From a bacterium (lineage in GTDB: Bacteria; UBA8248; JACPRG01; G963555815): DNA of 64,000 nt. Of this stretch, positions 28,978-39,598 are shown in pieces (the stretch's first letter is position 1; each line of letters begins with the position of its first letter). The position numbers and the translations under genes were made by a program. The stretch lies in NCBI GenBank assembly GCA_965261595.1, contig CBDHDG010000002.1:32001-96000 (forward strand). The letters are read 5' to 3'. The notes under the pieces were generated by a model. It was not told the origin of the DNA and ran no database searches. It saw only the letters and a program-made list of their open reading frames with translations.

Positions 28978-31900
28978 ATGCTCGACGCCCATTCGGCGGC
29001 GGACGCGTCCGCACGCCCGCAGCTTCCCCTCGATCCCGCCACCGCATCCGTTTCCGTGCGCCCGGCGCCGTCCGCTTCGGACGCCCTGTTTGCCGCCGCC
29101 AGGACCCTGCTGCCGGTCCTGGAAGCCGGCCGGCCGCTCGATGCCGGGACGCTCAGGGACGCCATGACGCGCGCCTTCGGCGCCACCGATGCCGAGGGCG
29201 CCTGGCTCTGGAAGGATGCCTACGAGGCCGCCGAAGCCGCCGTCGTGCTGTTCGTGCAGCGTTACGGGCGCGCCATGCGCAAGCAGACCGGGGCCGGGCC
29301 GGACGGCCCCCGCCACATGTTGGCAATGCTGGACGCCGTCGCGGCGCTCGAGCCGTCGCACACGAAGCGCTCCGAGGAGCAGATCCGCCTGCAGCAGTTC
29401 TCGACGCCGCTGCCGCTGGCCTATGTCGCGCTCCGCGCCGCCGCCATCCGGCCGGGCGATACCGTGCTGGAGCCGAGCGCCGGCACCGGCATGCTGGCGG
29501 TGATGGCCGAATGCGCGATGGCCAACCGGGCCGCGGGCAGTCTGTATCTCAACGAATACGCCCACACGCGCGCGCATCTCCTGACCCATCTGTTCCCGCA
29601 GGCCGTCACCACCGCCTTCAATGCGGAAGCCATCGCCGACCGGCTGCACGACGTGACGCCCACGGCCGTCATCATGAACCCGCCGTTTTCCGCGACGCCG
29701 GGCGTCGACCGCATCCGCCACGACGCGGATCTGCGCCATATCCGCTCCGCATTTTCGATGCTACCGCCGGGAGGTCGATTGGTGACGATTACCTCGGCGA
29801 ACTGCATCCCCGGCGATGCCGCCTGGCGGGACACCTTCGACTCCGTCGACGGCGGCGCCTGCACCGTCTTCACGATGGCTATCGACGGCCGCGCCTATGC
29901 AAGGCGCGGCACCGGCTTCGACACGCGCCTCACCGTGCTGGAACGCAGCGCCAAGCCGGAAATCGACATCGACCGGGAGGCCCGCGCCGCCGACGCCGCC
30001 GAACTTCTCGACGCCGTCATTGCCAAGGTTCCGCCCAGGCTGCCGATTACGCCGGAGACCGCTCGGCCCATCCCGGCCGGCCCGGCACGGGACCTGTTCG
30101 GCAAGGCGGTCAGGCCGCCGGCCACGAAGGGCAGCACCGGCGCCAATTCCGCTGCCGCGCCCGCGCCCGCCCACGACTGGGGACCTGTCGCCGAGCTCGT
30201 CGTCGAGACCGGCGCCCCCGACACCGTTACGCAAGAATCGGCCACGCAGGCGAATGCCGGCCCCTACGAACCGTGGCGGCCCGGCGTCGCGCGGGTGCCG
30301 GGCGCGATCGCCCATCCCACGCCGCTGGTGCAGTCCGCCGCCATGGCCGCGGTGCCGCATCCCGTGCCGACCTACCGGCCGGTGCTGCCCGAACGCGTGG
30401 TGGCGGACGGGCTCCTGTCGGACGCGCAACTCGAAAGCGTCGTGCTTGCGGGCGAGGCCCACTCCCGCCATCTCGCCGCGGACTACCGCATCGGTGCGGG
30501 CTGGGAGACCGTGCAGCGCTGCCCGGAGGACGACGGCGACGATGACGGCAGTGCCGGCGCCGCCGATCTCACCGACGACGGCGAGGTCCTGTCCACCCCG
30601 GTGCGCTTCCGGCGCGGCTGGATGCTCGGCGACGGCACCGGCGCCGGCAAGGGCCGCCAGGTCGCCGCCATCATGCTCGACCACTGGCTGCGCGGCCGCA
30701 GGCGCGCGCTCTGGCTGTCGCAGTCCGACAAGCTGGTCGAGGACGCAAGGCGCGACTGGTGCGCGCTCGGCGGGCGCGAGGACGACGTCATCCCGCTCGG
30801 CAAGTTCCGCCAGGGGGCCGAGATTCCGATGGCCGAGGGCATCCTCTTTGCCACCTACGCCACGCTGCGCTCGCCGGCCCGCCAGGGCAAGACCTCGCGC
30901 CTCGACCAGATCGTCGCCTGGCTTGCCGGCTCATTGGACGAGGATGACCGCCACGCCTTCGACGGGGCGGTGATCTTCGACGAGGCGCATGCCATGGCCA
31001 ATGCGGCCGGGTCCAAGGGCAACCGCGGCGAGGTCAAGCCGTCCCAGCAGGGCCGCGCCGGCCTGCGGCTTCAGAATGCGCTGCCCGATGCGCGCATCGC
31101 CTATGTCTCGGCCACCGGCGCCACCACCGTCCCCGGCCTCGCCTATGCCGGCAGGCTCGGGCTCTGGGCCGCCGGCGAGACGCCGTTCGAGACCCGCGTC
31201 GAATTTGTCACCGCCATGGAAGCCGGCGGCGTCGCCGCGATGGAGGTGGTCGCTCGCGACCTCAAGGCCCTCGGCCTCTACCAGGCCCGGGCGCTCTCCT
31301 ATGACGGAGTCGAGGTCGAGACCCTCGAACACCCGCTCACCCCCGAGCAGCGGCACATCTACGACGCCTATGCCGGCGCCTTCAAGATCATCCACCGCAA
31401 CATCCAGGAGGCGCTCAAGGCCACCGGCATCGTCGACGGCGAGGACACCCTGAACAGGAACGCCAAGTCGGCCGCGCTCTCGGCCTTCGAGGGCGCCAAG
31501 CAGCGTTTCTTCGGCCATCTGCTGACCGCCATGAAGTGCCCGTCGCTGATCCGCGCGATCGAGGCCGACCTCGATTCCGGGCGCTCCGCCGTCATCCAGC
31601 TGGTCTCCACCGGCGAGGCGCTGATGGAGCGGCGCATCGCCGAGATCCCGGCGTCCGAATGGGACGACCTCTCCGTCGACCTCACGCCAAGGGAGACCGT
31701 GATCGAGTTCCTGGCCCACGCCTTCCCCGTGCAATTGCAGGAGCCCTTCACCGACGAGAGCGGCAACCTGTTCTCGCGGCCAGTGTTCGACGGTGACGGC
31801 AACCCCGTGCTCTGCCAGGAGGCGGTCGCCCGCCGCGACGCGCTGATCGAGAAGCTCGCCGCGCTCCCGCCGGTGCCGTCGGCGCTCGACCAGATCGTGC

Positions 31901-33501
31901 AGCATTTCGGGCACGAGGCGGTCGCGGAAGTGACCGGCCGCTCGCGCCGGGTGCTGAGAATTTCCGATGCGCGCGGCGAGCGCCTGGCGCTGCGCAGCCG
32001 GCCGGCGTCGGCCAACCTCGCCGAGACCGCCGCCTTCATGGATGCCCGGAAACGCATCCTGGTGTTCTCCATGGCCGGCGGGACCGGGCGCAGCTACCAC
32101 GCCGATCTCGGCTGCGCCAACACCGACCGCCGCATCCACTACCTGCTCGAGCCGGGCTGGCGCGCCGACCAGGCGATCCAGGGGCTCGGCCGGACCCACC
32201 GCACGCACCAGGCGTCGGCGCCGCTGTTCCGGCCCGTCACCACGGACGTGAAGGGCGAGCGGCGCTTCATCGCCACCATCGCAAGGCGGCTCGACAGCCT
32301 CGGCGCCATCACCCGCGGCCAGCGCGATTCCCAGACCGCCATGGGCGGCGACGACCAGGCGCTCTTTCGCGAGAGCGACAACCTGGAGAGCCTCTATGCC
32401 AAGGCGGCACTCAGGCGCTTCTACATCGCGCTCTGGCGCGGCAACATCCCGGGCTGGTCGCTCGACCGTTTCGCGGACGCCACCGGCCTCAAGCTGGTCC
32501 ACGAGGGCAACCTCAAGGAGGACCTGCCGCCGATGCCGCGATTCCTCAACCGGCTTCTGGCGCTGCCGATCGACGAGCAGAACCAGCTCTTCGCCGAACT
32601 GGAAGAGCGGATCGCAGCCAACATCGAGCAGGCCATGGAGGCCGGCGCCTACGAGGTCGGGGTCGAGACCGTGCGCGCCGACTCGCTCGCCATCGCCGGC
32701 CGGGAGACGCTCTACGAACATCCCGGCACCGGGGCGGTCACCGAGCTAGTCGAGATCGTGTGGCGCGACAGGCTGGAACCGCTCGATGCCGATACCGCGC
32801 TCGAGATCGGCGCCTGCGAACCCGGACCCGACAAGAAGCCCCGGCTGGCGGTCAACACCCGCTCGAAGCGCGCCGCCGTCATTCTGCCGGCGCCGTCGCG
32901 CATGTTCGACGATGGCGGGGTGCAGGAACGCGTCCGCCTCGTCCGGCCGGCCACACGCGAGACCATGGCCCGCGCCGAGCTCGACGCCTCCAACTGGCGC
33001 CCGGCCGACGAAGCCCGCTGGCGCATGCTATGGGAGCATGAGATCGGCGAGCTGCCGACGCACCGGGAGTCCCGCTTCTGGCTCGCCGCCGGCCTGCTGC
33101 TGCCCGTCTGGGACCGGCTGCCGGCCGAGAACATGCGGGTACGCCGGCTCGCCACGGATACCGGCGAAACGCTGATCGGGCGCGTGCTCGACGCCGAACA
33201 GGTCGCGGCCGTGCGCGCGAGTTTCGGGCTCGACGGCGGGCTCGCCATGACCGGCGCGGAGGCCTTCGAGGCCGTCATGAGCCGCGGCTCGGCACTCGCC
33301 CTTGCCAATGGCTGGCGCCTTGCCCGCCGGCGCATCATGGGCGCCGACCGGGTCGAGATCGAGGGGCCGGCCGATACCGATACCGCGCTCCTGAAGCGCA
33401 TCGGCTGCACGGTCGAGATCGTGTCCTGGCGCGCCCGCGCCTTCGCCCCCGGCGCCGAGGTCCTCGACCGCGTCCTCGAACGCTGGCCGCTCGCCGCCTG
33501 A
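28978..33501 (+). CDS. Strawberry-notch-family methyltransferase/helicase fusion
   Basis: QQFSTP, LEPSAGTG, NPPF (MTase); GDGTGAGKGR, DEAH, SATG, GRTHR (SNO-type SF2 helicase). Confidence 0.93.
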   Translation: MLDAHSAADASARPQLPLDPATASVSVRPAPSASDALFAAARTLLPVLEAGRPLDAGTLRDAMTRAFGATDAEGAWLWKDAYEAAEAAVVLFVQRYGRAMRKQTGAGPDGPRHMLAMLDAVAALEPSHTKRSEEQIRLQQFSTPLPLAYVALRAAAIRPGDTVLEPSAGTGMLAVMAECAMANRAAGSLYLNEYAHTRAHLLTHLFPQAVTTAFNAEAIADRLHDVTPTAVIMNPPFSATPGVDRIRHDADLRHIRSAFSMLPPGGRLVTITSANCIPGDAAWRDTFDSVDGGACTVFTMAIDGRAYARRGTGFDTRLTVLERSAKPEIDIDREARAADAAELLDAVIAKVPPRLPITPETARPIPAGPARDLFGKAVRPPATKGSTGANSAAAPAPAHDWGPVAELVVETGAPDTVTQESATQANAGPYEPWRPGVARVPGAIAHPTPLVQSAAMAAVPHPVPTYRPVLPERVVADGLLSDAQLESVVLAGEAHSRHLAADYRIGAGWETVQRCPEDDGDDDGSAGAADLTDDGEVLSTPVRFRRGWMLGDGTGAGKGRQVAAIMLDHWLRGRRRALWLSQSDKLVEDARRDWCALGGREDDVIPLGKFRQGAEIPMAEGILFATYATLRSPARQGKTSRLDQIVAWLAGSLDEDDRHAFDGAVIFDEAHAMANAAGSKGNRGEVKPSQQGRAGLRLQNALPDARIAYVSATGATTVPGLAYAGRLGLWAAGETPFETRVEFVTAMEAGGVAAMEVVARDLKALGLYQARALSYDGVEVETLEHPLTPEQRHIYDAYAGAFKIIHRNIQEALKATGIVDGEDTLNRNAKSAALSAFEGAKQRFFGHLLTAMKCPSLIRAIEADLDSGRSAVIQLVSTGEALMERRIAEIPASEWDDLSVDLTPRETVIEFLAHAFPVQLQEPFTDESGNLFSRPVFDGDGNPVLCQEAVARRDALIEKLAALPPVPSALDQIVQHFGHEAVAEVTGRSRRVLRISDARGERLALRSRPASANLAETAAFMDARKRILVFSMAGGTGRSYHADLGCANTDRRIHYLLEPGWRADQAIQGLGRTHRTHQASAPLFRPVTTDVKGERRFIATIARRLDSLGAITRGQRDSQTAMGGDDQALFRESDNLESLYAKAALRRFYIALWRGNIPGWSLDRFADATGLKLVHEGNLKEDLPPMPRFLNRLLALPIDEQNQLFAELEERIAANIEQAMEAGAYEVGVETVRADSLAIAGRETLYEHPGTGAVTELVEIVWRDRLEPLDADTALEIGACEPGPDKKPRLAVNTRSKRAAVILPAPSRMFDDGGVQERVRLVRPATRETMARAELDASNWRPADEARWRMLWEHEIGELPTHRESRFWLAAGLLLPVWDRLPAENMRVRRLATDTGETLIGRVLDAEQVAAVRASFGLDGGLAMTGAEAFEAVMSRGSALALANGWRLARRRIMGADRVEIEGPADTDTALLKRIGCTVEIVSWRARAFAPGAEVLDRVLERWPLAA

Positions 33502-33512
33502 ACCGCGCGCGT

Positions 33513-33578
33513 GATACGTATTGCCGGCCCGTCGTCCGCCAGGCGTCCGCAATACGTATCGCCGGCCCGTCGCCCACC
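33513..33578 (+). repeat. 27-bp direct repeat with palindromic core ATACGTAT (also a 12-bp inverted repeat)
   Basis: 33514-33540 vs 33552-33578 differ at 3 positions; GATACGTATTGC / GCAATACGTATC are perfect inverted copies. Confidence 0.8.
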
Positions 33579-33674
33579 GGATTCGCTATTTGAAACGGAG
33601 CATGGCCATGACCATCCAGACCCTGCCGGACGATCCGAACTACGCCTTCTGCCCGAGCTACGACCTCGGCGACG

Positions 33675-35085
33675 TGGAGTTGACCCGTTTTTGTGGACAC
33701 CTTCAGACTGTTCGGAGGAGGTGTTCAGATGCCGAAAACTCATTCACCCTACGCGCCGGAATACCGACGCCAGATGGTTGAGCTGGTTCGCTCGGGCCGT
33801 ACGCCCGGGGAGCTGGCCCGGGAGTTCGAGTGTTCCGCTTCGGCGATTCGCAACTGGGTGCGCCAGGCCGACCGCGACGAGGGCCGTCGTGAGGACGGTC
33901 TGACAAGCTCAGAGTTCGAGGAGCTACGGCGGCTTCGTCGGGACAATCGTCAGCTTCGTGAAGAACGCGAGATACTGGCAAAAGCTACGGCTTGGTTCGC
34001 TCGGGAGACCGGCTCGGTCCGGGCGAAGTCTTCGAGCTCGTGAAGGCGAATCAGGCCTGCCATCGAGTGGCCACGATGTGCCGTCGGCTGGGTGTCTCCC
34101 CCAGCGGATACTACGCGTGGCGAAGCCGTAGGCGTTCGAATCGTGCGAAGCGCGAGGAGGCGTTGCGTGGCACGATCCGGGCCATCCACGAGGTATCTGG
34201 TGGCACCTACGGGGCGCCTCGGGTCCATGCCGAGCTGATGGCCGGCGGCTGCCGGGTGAGCCGCAAACGGGTGGCTCGTCCGATGCGCGAGGCAGGGTTG
34301 GCCGGGGTGAGCCGACGCCGAGGCATGCGCACTACGCGCGTGGACCAGAGCCATTGTGTGGTCCCGGACCGGGTCGAACGCCAGTTCCAGGCCGATGCGC
34401 CGGATCGGCTTTGGGTGGCCGACGTGACCTACGTGCCGACCTGGACGGGGTTCGTGTACCTGGCCATCGTGCTCGACGTGTTCAGCCGCCGGGTGGTGGG
34501 ATGGTCCATGACCCACCATCTTCGCACCGAACTGGTGCTCGGGGCGCTGAACATGGCGTTGGGACAGCGCCGCCCCGACGGGGTCGTGCATCACTCCGAC
34601 CAGGGCTCGCAGTACACTTCGCTCGCCTTCGGCAAGCGGTGCCGGGAGATGGGGGTGGTTCCCTCGACCGGGTCGGCCGGGGATTGCTTCGACAACGCCA
34701 TGGCCGAGAGCTTCTTTGCCACGCTGGAGTGCGAGCTCATCGACCGGCGCTCGTTCCGTACCCAGGCCGAAGCGCACATGGCGATCTTCCAATTCATCGA
34801 AGGCTGGTACAACCCACGCCGTCGTCATTCGGCCCTGGGTTACCTCAGCCCCAACGACTACGAGCGGTCCGCGGCGAAGGAAACGCCACGTGCAGTGCGC
34901 AACGCTCATCGTCCGGCTCGAGCCGTCCCCGGTGCTTCCCGGAGCAGCGAGCCAAAGGTCAAGACATACCCCCCGGGGGCACCCTATCTATCGGATCGGG
35001 AGAAGACTTTACGTCCACCGGCTGTCGCCCACCTCAGGGCTGGGGACGACAGCCATAAACTGTCCACTGAAACGGGGTAACTCCA
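33675..35085 (+). mobile_element. IS3-family element, second type (orfA 33729-34043, orfB to 35080)
   Basis: IRs TGGAGTTGACCCGTTT / AAACGGGGTAACTCCA; WVADVTY, HSDQGSQY, DNAMAESFF; no target duplication. Confidence 0.93.
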
Positions 35086-36073
35086 GTCCCAGCTTCCAGC
35101 CTGATACCGGAAGTCGTGATAGAAGATGATGGGTCTCTTGGGCGGGCGACCGACCGGGCGAGTCAGCAGGAAGTCGATCCGTGGGTAGAGCACTTCGTTC
35201 GCAGGGAGCCGGATGGCGTAGAGGAAGCCACGCTCTTCCAAGTACTCATAGACCTCGGGGCTCGTAAAGGCGGCATCGGCCCGAAAGTAACGGCGAACAT
35301 CAGCGTGCTCATAGCGGGCCGTGATGGGCTCCAACTACTTTCGCCACCCATCGGCGCTGTGAACGTTGCCCGGACGCAACATCGCCCCCTCGCAGTCCCC
35401 AAACTGGTTGAAGCAGAATAAGGGATGGTAGCAGAGGGAACCGAAGTGACCGTTATAGGCAGTCCCTTCCTGCTGTCCGTGCACCCGGCTTTCCGAGCTA
35501 TCCATGTCCAGGATGACCCGCTGATGCGGCGTGCGGCTCATGGCCCGCTCTACCCATTCCGCGTTCAGTTGCCTCAGCCTGCTCAGGTTCTCCTCGCTGC
35601 AGAGAACTTCCGTCTCGAACCGGCTCCATGTGTTGGTACTGGCCGCCTGCTTCTCAAGTGCCCGCCGGCCAACTACGGCTTGCCTGGCAGGGTCTCTCGC
35701 CAATCGCTCGGCATCGTTGGTGTCCTCGTACCCGGCCAGGCGACTATAGAGTGACTGGCGCAATAGCGGCACCAACTCATGCTGGACGTTCCGGCCATGA
35801 CGGATCTCTTGCAAGTGGGCTGGCGCTCTCACCGTCAAACCCAGCACATCATCCAACTCCCGGCAGGCCAGCAATCCTGCATCTGAAGTGATTCTGGCTC
35901 CGTGAAAGTCAAGCCTCAGCCTACGGTTACAATGGACCCTCAATGCCGTCTTTTTCGCTTCACCCATAGGGGTACCCCGCGAGAACGTGGCAGGGGGAAG
36001 CCAACACGCTGATTTTACATGAGAAAGCGCCTTTCGGTCTGTCGAATCTTATGATCTAAATGAGAAATGCGGG
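35086..36073 (-). mobile_element. IS1380-family element, left part (internal stop at 35335, truncated by IS3)
   Basis: End CCCGCATTTCTCAT; TSDAGLL, LDMDSS, RADAAF motifs. Confidence 0.88.
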
Positions 36074-36105
36074 GATAAATGGGGCAGACTATTGGACTAG
36101 ACATA

Positions 36106-36205
36106 GGTGCAGGCCACTGCCCGCTACGTCCACCTCGCGCGTCACACCGAAAAAGCGTTCACTGCCCGAACCGGTGATAGGATCGATGATGCTCTCGTGG
36201 AAAAG
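36106..36205 (+). pseudogene. Tyrosine integrase extreme 3' tail
   Basis: Hand translation VQATARYVHLARHTEKAFTARTGDRIDDAL aligns with TTARYAHLVHDAEKAAAARTGDSIGAHL. Confidence 0.75.
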
Positions 36206-36241
36206 TACGCACGATGACAGCCCGCACACTGCTTCAGAGCT

Positions 36242-36802
36242 ATGTTGGGATTTGAATTAATGGCAATTCACCTAGAGGGACCCGGCGTAAATCCACATTG
36301 GAACATACATCGTTCGTTGGAGATGTTGCAGGGCCTTCAGAAGGCAGCGCTGTTCTTGATTGAAAAGATGGATAATCACATTGCTCAACGTGATTCTGGC
36401 GGCGGGAAGCACCCAGACATGATGGGGAATGCTACGGCAGCAATAATTTTGACCTCGTATACAACAGAAATAGCGATCAAGACCTTACATGCTCAGACTA
36501 AACCAAAGCAAGCTCCTGCACGGGGTCATTACTTACTGGATTTGTATGATACCTTGGACCACGATATAAAGTTGGAAGCCCAACACATGCTTGAGTCTCT
36601 GCCACCCATCGGTGCCCCTACGTGGATAGGACAAAATCTGGACATCCGAGAGCTAATCAAACAAGGGAATTCTAATTTCTCTGACTGGAGATATCTTCCA
36701 GAGAAGCCCAATATGGGCGGCGGTGTCCCCAAGGTGCTAATAAATGTAACAAATGCGTTGCAGGCATTGTGTCTTCGGCACGTAATGACCTTATCAAAAT
36801 AG
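36242..36802 (+). CDS. HEPN-like domain protein
   Basis: Low-GC ORF; TEIAIKTL...GHYLLDLY...FSDWRYLPE. Confidence 0.65.
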   Translation: MLGFELMAIHLEGPGVNPHWNIHRSLEMLQGLQKAALFLIEKMDNHIAQRDSGGGKHPDMMGNATAAIILTSYTTEIAIKTLHAQTKPKQAPARGHYLLDLYDTLDHDIKLEAQHMLESLPPIGAPTWIGQNLDIRELIKQGNSNFSDWRYLPEKPNMGGGVPKVLINVTNALQALCLRHVMTLSK

Positions 36803-37071
36803 CTAACCTAGCAATCGCATAATGGGATGAGATGGCTCCGGTTTGTTGGACAGCCTTGACCTGTCCCCCGGTTTGCCGAACCACGCCTTCCCCGTTCGCG
36901 ACCGGGCCGCCGAGCTCATGCTCGTTCCCGGCAATCGGCGTTTCACCACCGGGAGCTTCCGGTGGATCGCCTTCACCGTATTATCCAGGAACTATTGCAC
37001 TGTGAGTTCGGCGGCAAGTCCAAATTCACGGCCGCCATGGGGCAATCGCCGCCAATTTCGAAGACATCGAG

Positions 37072-38927
37072 TTATTGCGGTATATCCAACCATTTCAATT
37101 TCCTGAACTTTCCAAAGAAATGTTTTTCATAAAACTTCGTGTCCGGAGGCTTCTGCCATTCGCCTGTCCCGAAATCCAGCGCACCGACGATACCGTCAAT
37201 CTCAATCAGTATCGTCTTTATTTCATGCACTTCCTTGAAGTTAAGGGAATTCGCCCGATACCTTAACGCATCGTCTATGTCCCGCATGATATTCTTGAAG
37301 AGATGATATTGAAGGATATCGGCCGGTATGACCTTCTCCCGGTGCTCGAAGCCGGTCTCCCCGATGATTCTGTCGTATCCTCGAGAGATCAGATTCCCCC
37401 GCTCTAGGGTTTTGTTGGACACTCGATTGATCCATGATTCATGGAGAAAGGGGTGTCGCGATGAACGAACAAAAGCAAGAGGGGGCTTTGGCGGAGGGCG
37501 CCCGCAGGGCGAACGGAGCCAAGGCCCCAGGGCATCGCAGTGAGCGGGGTCGGTTCTCCTGCCAGGCGCAAGCGGGAGGCGGTCCTGCGTCTTTTGCGGG
37601 GCGAGAGCCTGGAGACGCTCTGCCGCGAGTTGGGCACGACAGCGGCTCGGCTTTCCGCCTGGCGCGAGGCGTTCCTTCGCGGGGGCGAGGCGGCGCTCAA
37701 AGCCCGCCCGGCGGATGAGCGGGCCGAGGAGAACGCCCGGCTCAAGGCCAAGGTGGGCGAACTCACGATGGAGGGCGAGGTCCTGCGGGAGAAGATCGAC
37801 CGCCTGGAGGCCGGCCGCCCTTTAGCCGGCAGGAGGTGGAGGCGATGAGTCAGGCCCGCTTCACCTCCACGGGCAGAGCCTACGGCCTGAAGCGGGTGTG
37901 CGCCCTTTGGGGCTTGGCGCGCTCCACGGTCTACGCGCAACGGCGGCGAGAGGCGGTCCCCGTTCATGAACGCCCCACGCCCAATAAGCGCGGCCCTGTG
38001 GGCCCGTGCACCGATGCGGAACTCCTCGGCCACATCCGGCAGGTCCTGGAGGACTCTCCCTTCCATGGCGAGGGCTACCGCAAGGTGTGGGCGAGGCTGC
38101 GCTTCGCGGGCATCCGCACCAGCAAGGAGCGGGTGCGTCGCCTGATGCGGGAGGCGGGGCTTCAGGCCCCCCACCGGGTGGGCAAACCCCGAGGTCCCAA
38201 GGCCCACAACGGGACCATCCGCACCGAGCGGCCCGACCGAATGTGGGGCACGGACATGACGACGACGGTGACCACCGAGGAGGGGGTGGCCTCGGTGTTC
38301 GTGGCGGTGGATCACTGCTCGGTGGACTGCGTGGGGATCCATGCGGCCAAGAGCGGCAACCGCTTCGAGGCCCTGGAGCTGATCCGGCAGGGGGTCGCCG
38401 AGCGCTTCGCCGGCTTGGAGGCGGACGTCGCCGAGGGGCTTAAAGTTCGTCACGACCACGGCCCCGCCTATCTGTCCGATGACTTTCAGCGGGAGATCGC
38501 CTACCTGGGCATGACCAGTTCGCCCAGCTTCGTGCGGGCGCCCGAGGGAAATGGCTACTGTGAGTGGTTCATCCGCATCTTGAAGGAGAATCTCCTGTGG
38601 GTGCGCTCTTTCGCCACCGTAGAGGAACTGCGGTGGGCGCTGCTTGAGTTCAAGAACCTGTACAACCATCATTGGATTCTCGAGGGCTACGGCTACCGAA
38701 CGCCGGCCCAGGCAAGGCAGGAAAAACTCGCTCAAGTTGCGGAGGCCGCATGAGGTCGAATACCCTCACCCGAGTGTCCAATAACCCAGGGGCGGTCCAA
38801 GATGCCGTAGGTGATTGACCTGCTTCCGTCTTGCCACACGCCTCGTGGACCACGCGTATATCCCCAGGATGATTGCGATCGTGATGCCGATCGTAACGCC
38901 TTCGACGAACTCGGATAACGAAATCAT
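37072..38927 (-). pseudogene. Membrane-anchored hypothetical protein split by IS3 copy 2
   Basis: Removing the IS and one AGAT joins MISLSEFVEGVTIGITIAIILGIYAW...NHLRHL to ISRGYDRII...WLDIPQ in frame. Confidence 0.8.
37395..38799 (+). mobile_element. IS3-family element, copy 2
   Basis: 4-bp target duplication AGAT; orfA carries the same extra G as copy 1. Confidence 0.95.
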
Positions 38928-39198
38928 TCGTGCCTGAACTTCGAGCACTCGCCTCGACTCCTCGATCGACGTCTACCGGGAGCGGCATGGAACGCCGGCC
39001 TCCCTGGCGCCGTCCGCACGCCCGAAACGCCGGGCCGGACCGCAGGCCCAACGTGCCACGCCTTCGAGCCGATGTCCACAGAATTGACTTCTGCGTCGCG
39101 AGGAGGCCGAGCCGGGCCGTGAGCGGGGCGGCGGACGAATGTCCCGGGAGAGGGCGTCGCCGCCTCTCGCAAACACCGACCCGAAGGAGGACCACACC

Positions 39199-39525
39199 AT
39201 GCACACGGTCCAGACCCATCCCGGCAACGCAAGCACCTTCCTCACTCACCTGTTCGGCCGCGGTCTCGATGACGATCGCTACGTGGTCGAGCGCTTCCAG
39301 TCCATGGCCGACGGCGACATCCGACCCCTGCGCGCCAAGGGGCCGGGGACCAAGGGCCGATCCAAGGCGCCGGGGACGATCGTGTCCCGGCAGGTCGTCC
39401 GGAAGATGCGGCCCGCGCGGGACGAGATCATCGTTGCAACCGGAATCAACCTCCGGAACTCCGGGGTCCAGTACTGGGGCTCGATCGCAACGGGATTGTT
39501 CTGCGACCGCAAGCAGAAGCGCTGA
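39199..39525 (+). CDS. Basic hypothetical protein
   Basis: AAGGAGGA RBS, 108 aa. Confidence 0.7.
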   Translation: MHTVQTHPGNASTFLTHLFGRGLDDDRYVVERFQSMADGDIRPLRAKGPGTKGRSKAPGTIVSRQVVRKMRPARDEIIVATGINLRNSGVQYWGSIATGLFCDRKQKR

Positions 39526-39598
39526 GTGGCGTTTTCCGTGTGGACGTCCGGCCGGCCGACCGTCCTTCGTCTGGACCCCAACCCCGGCAGGGAGAACC

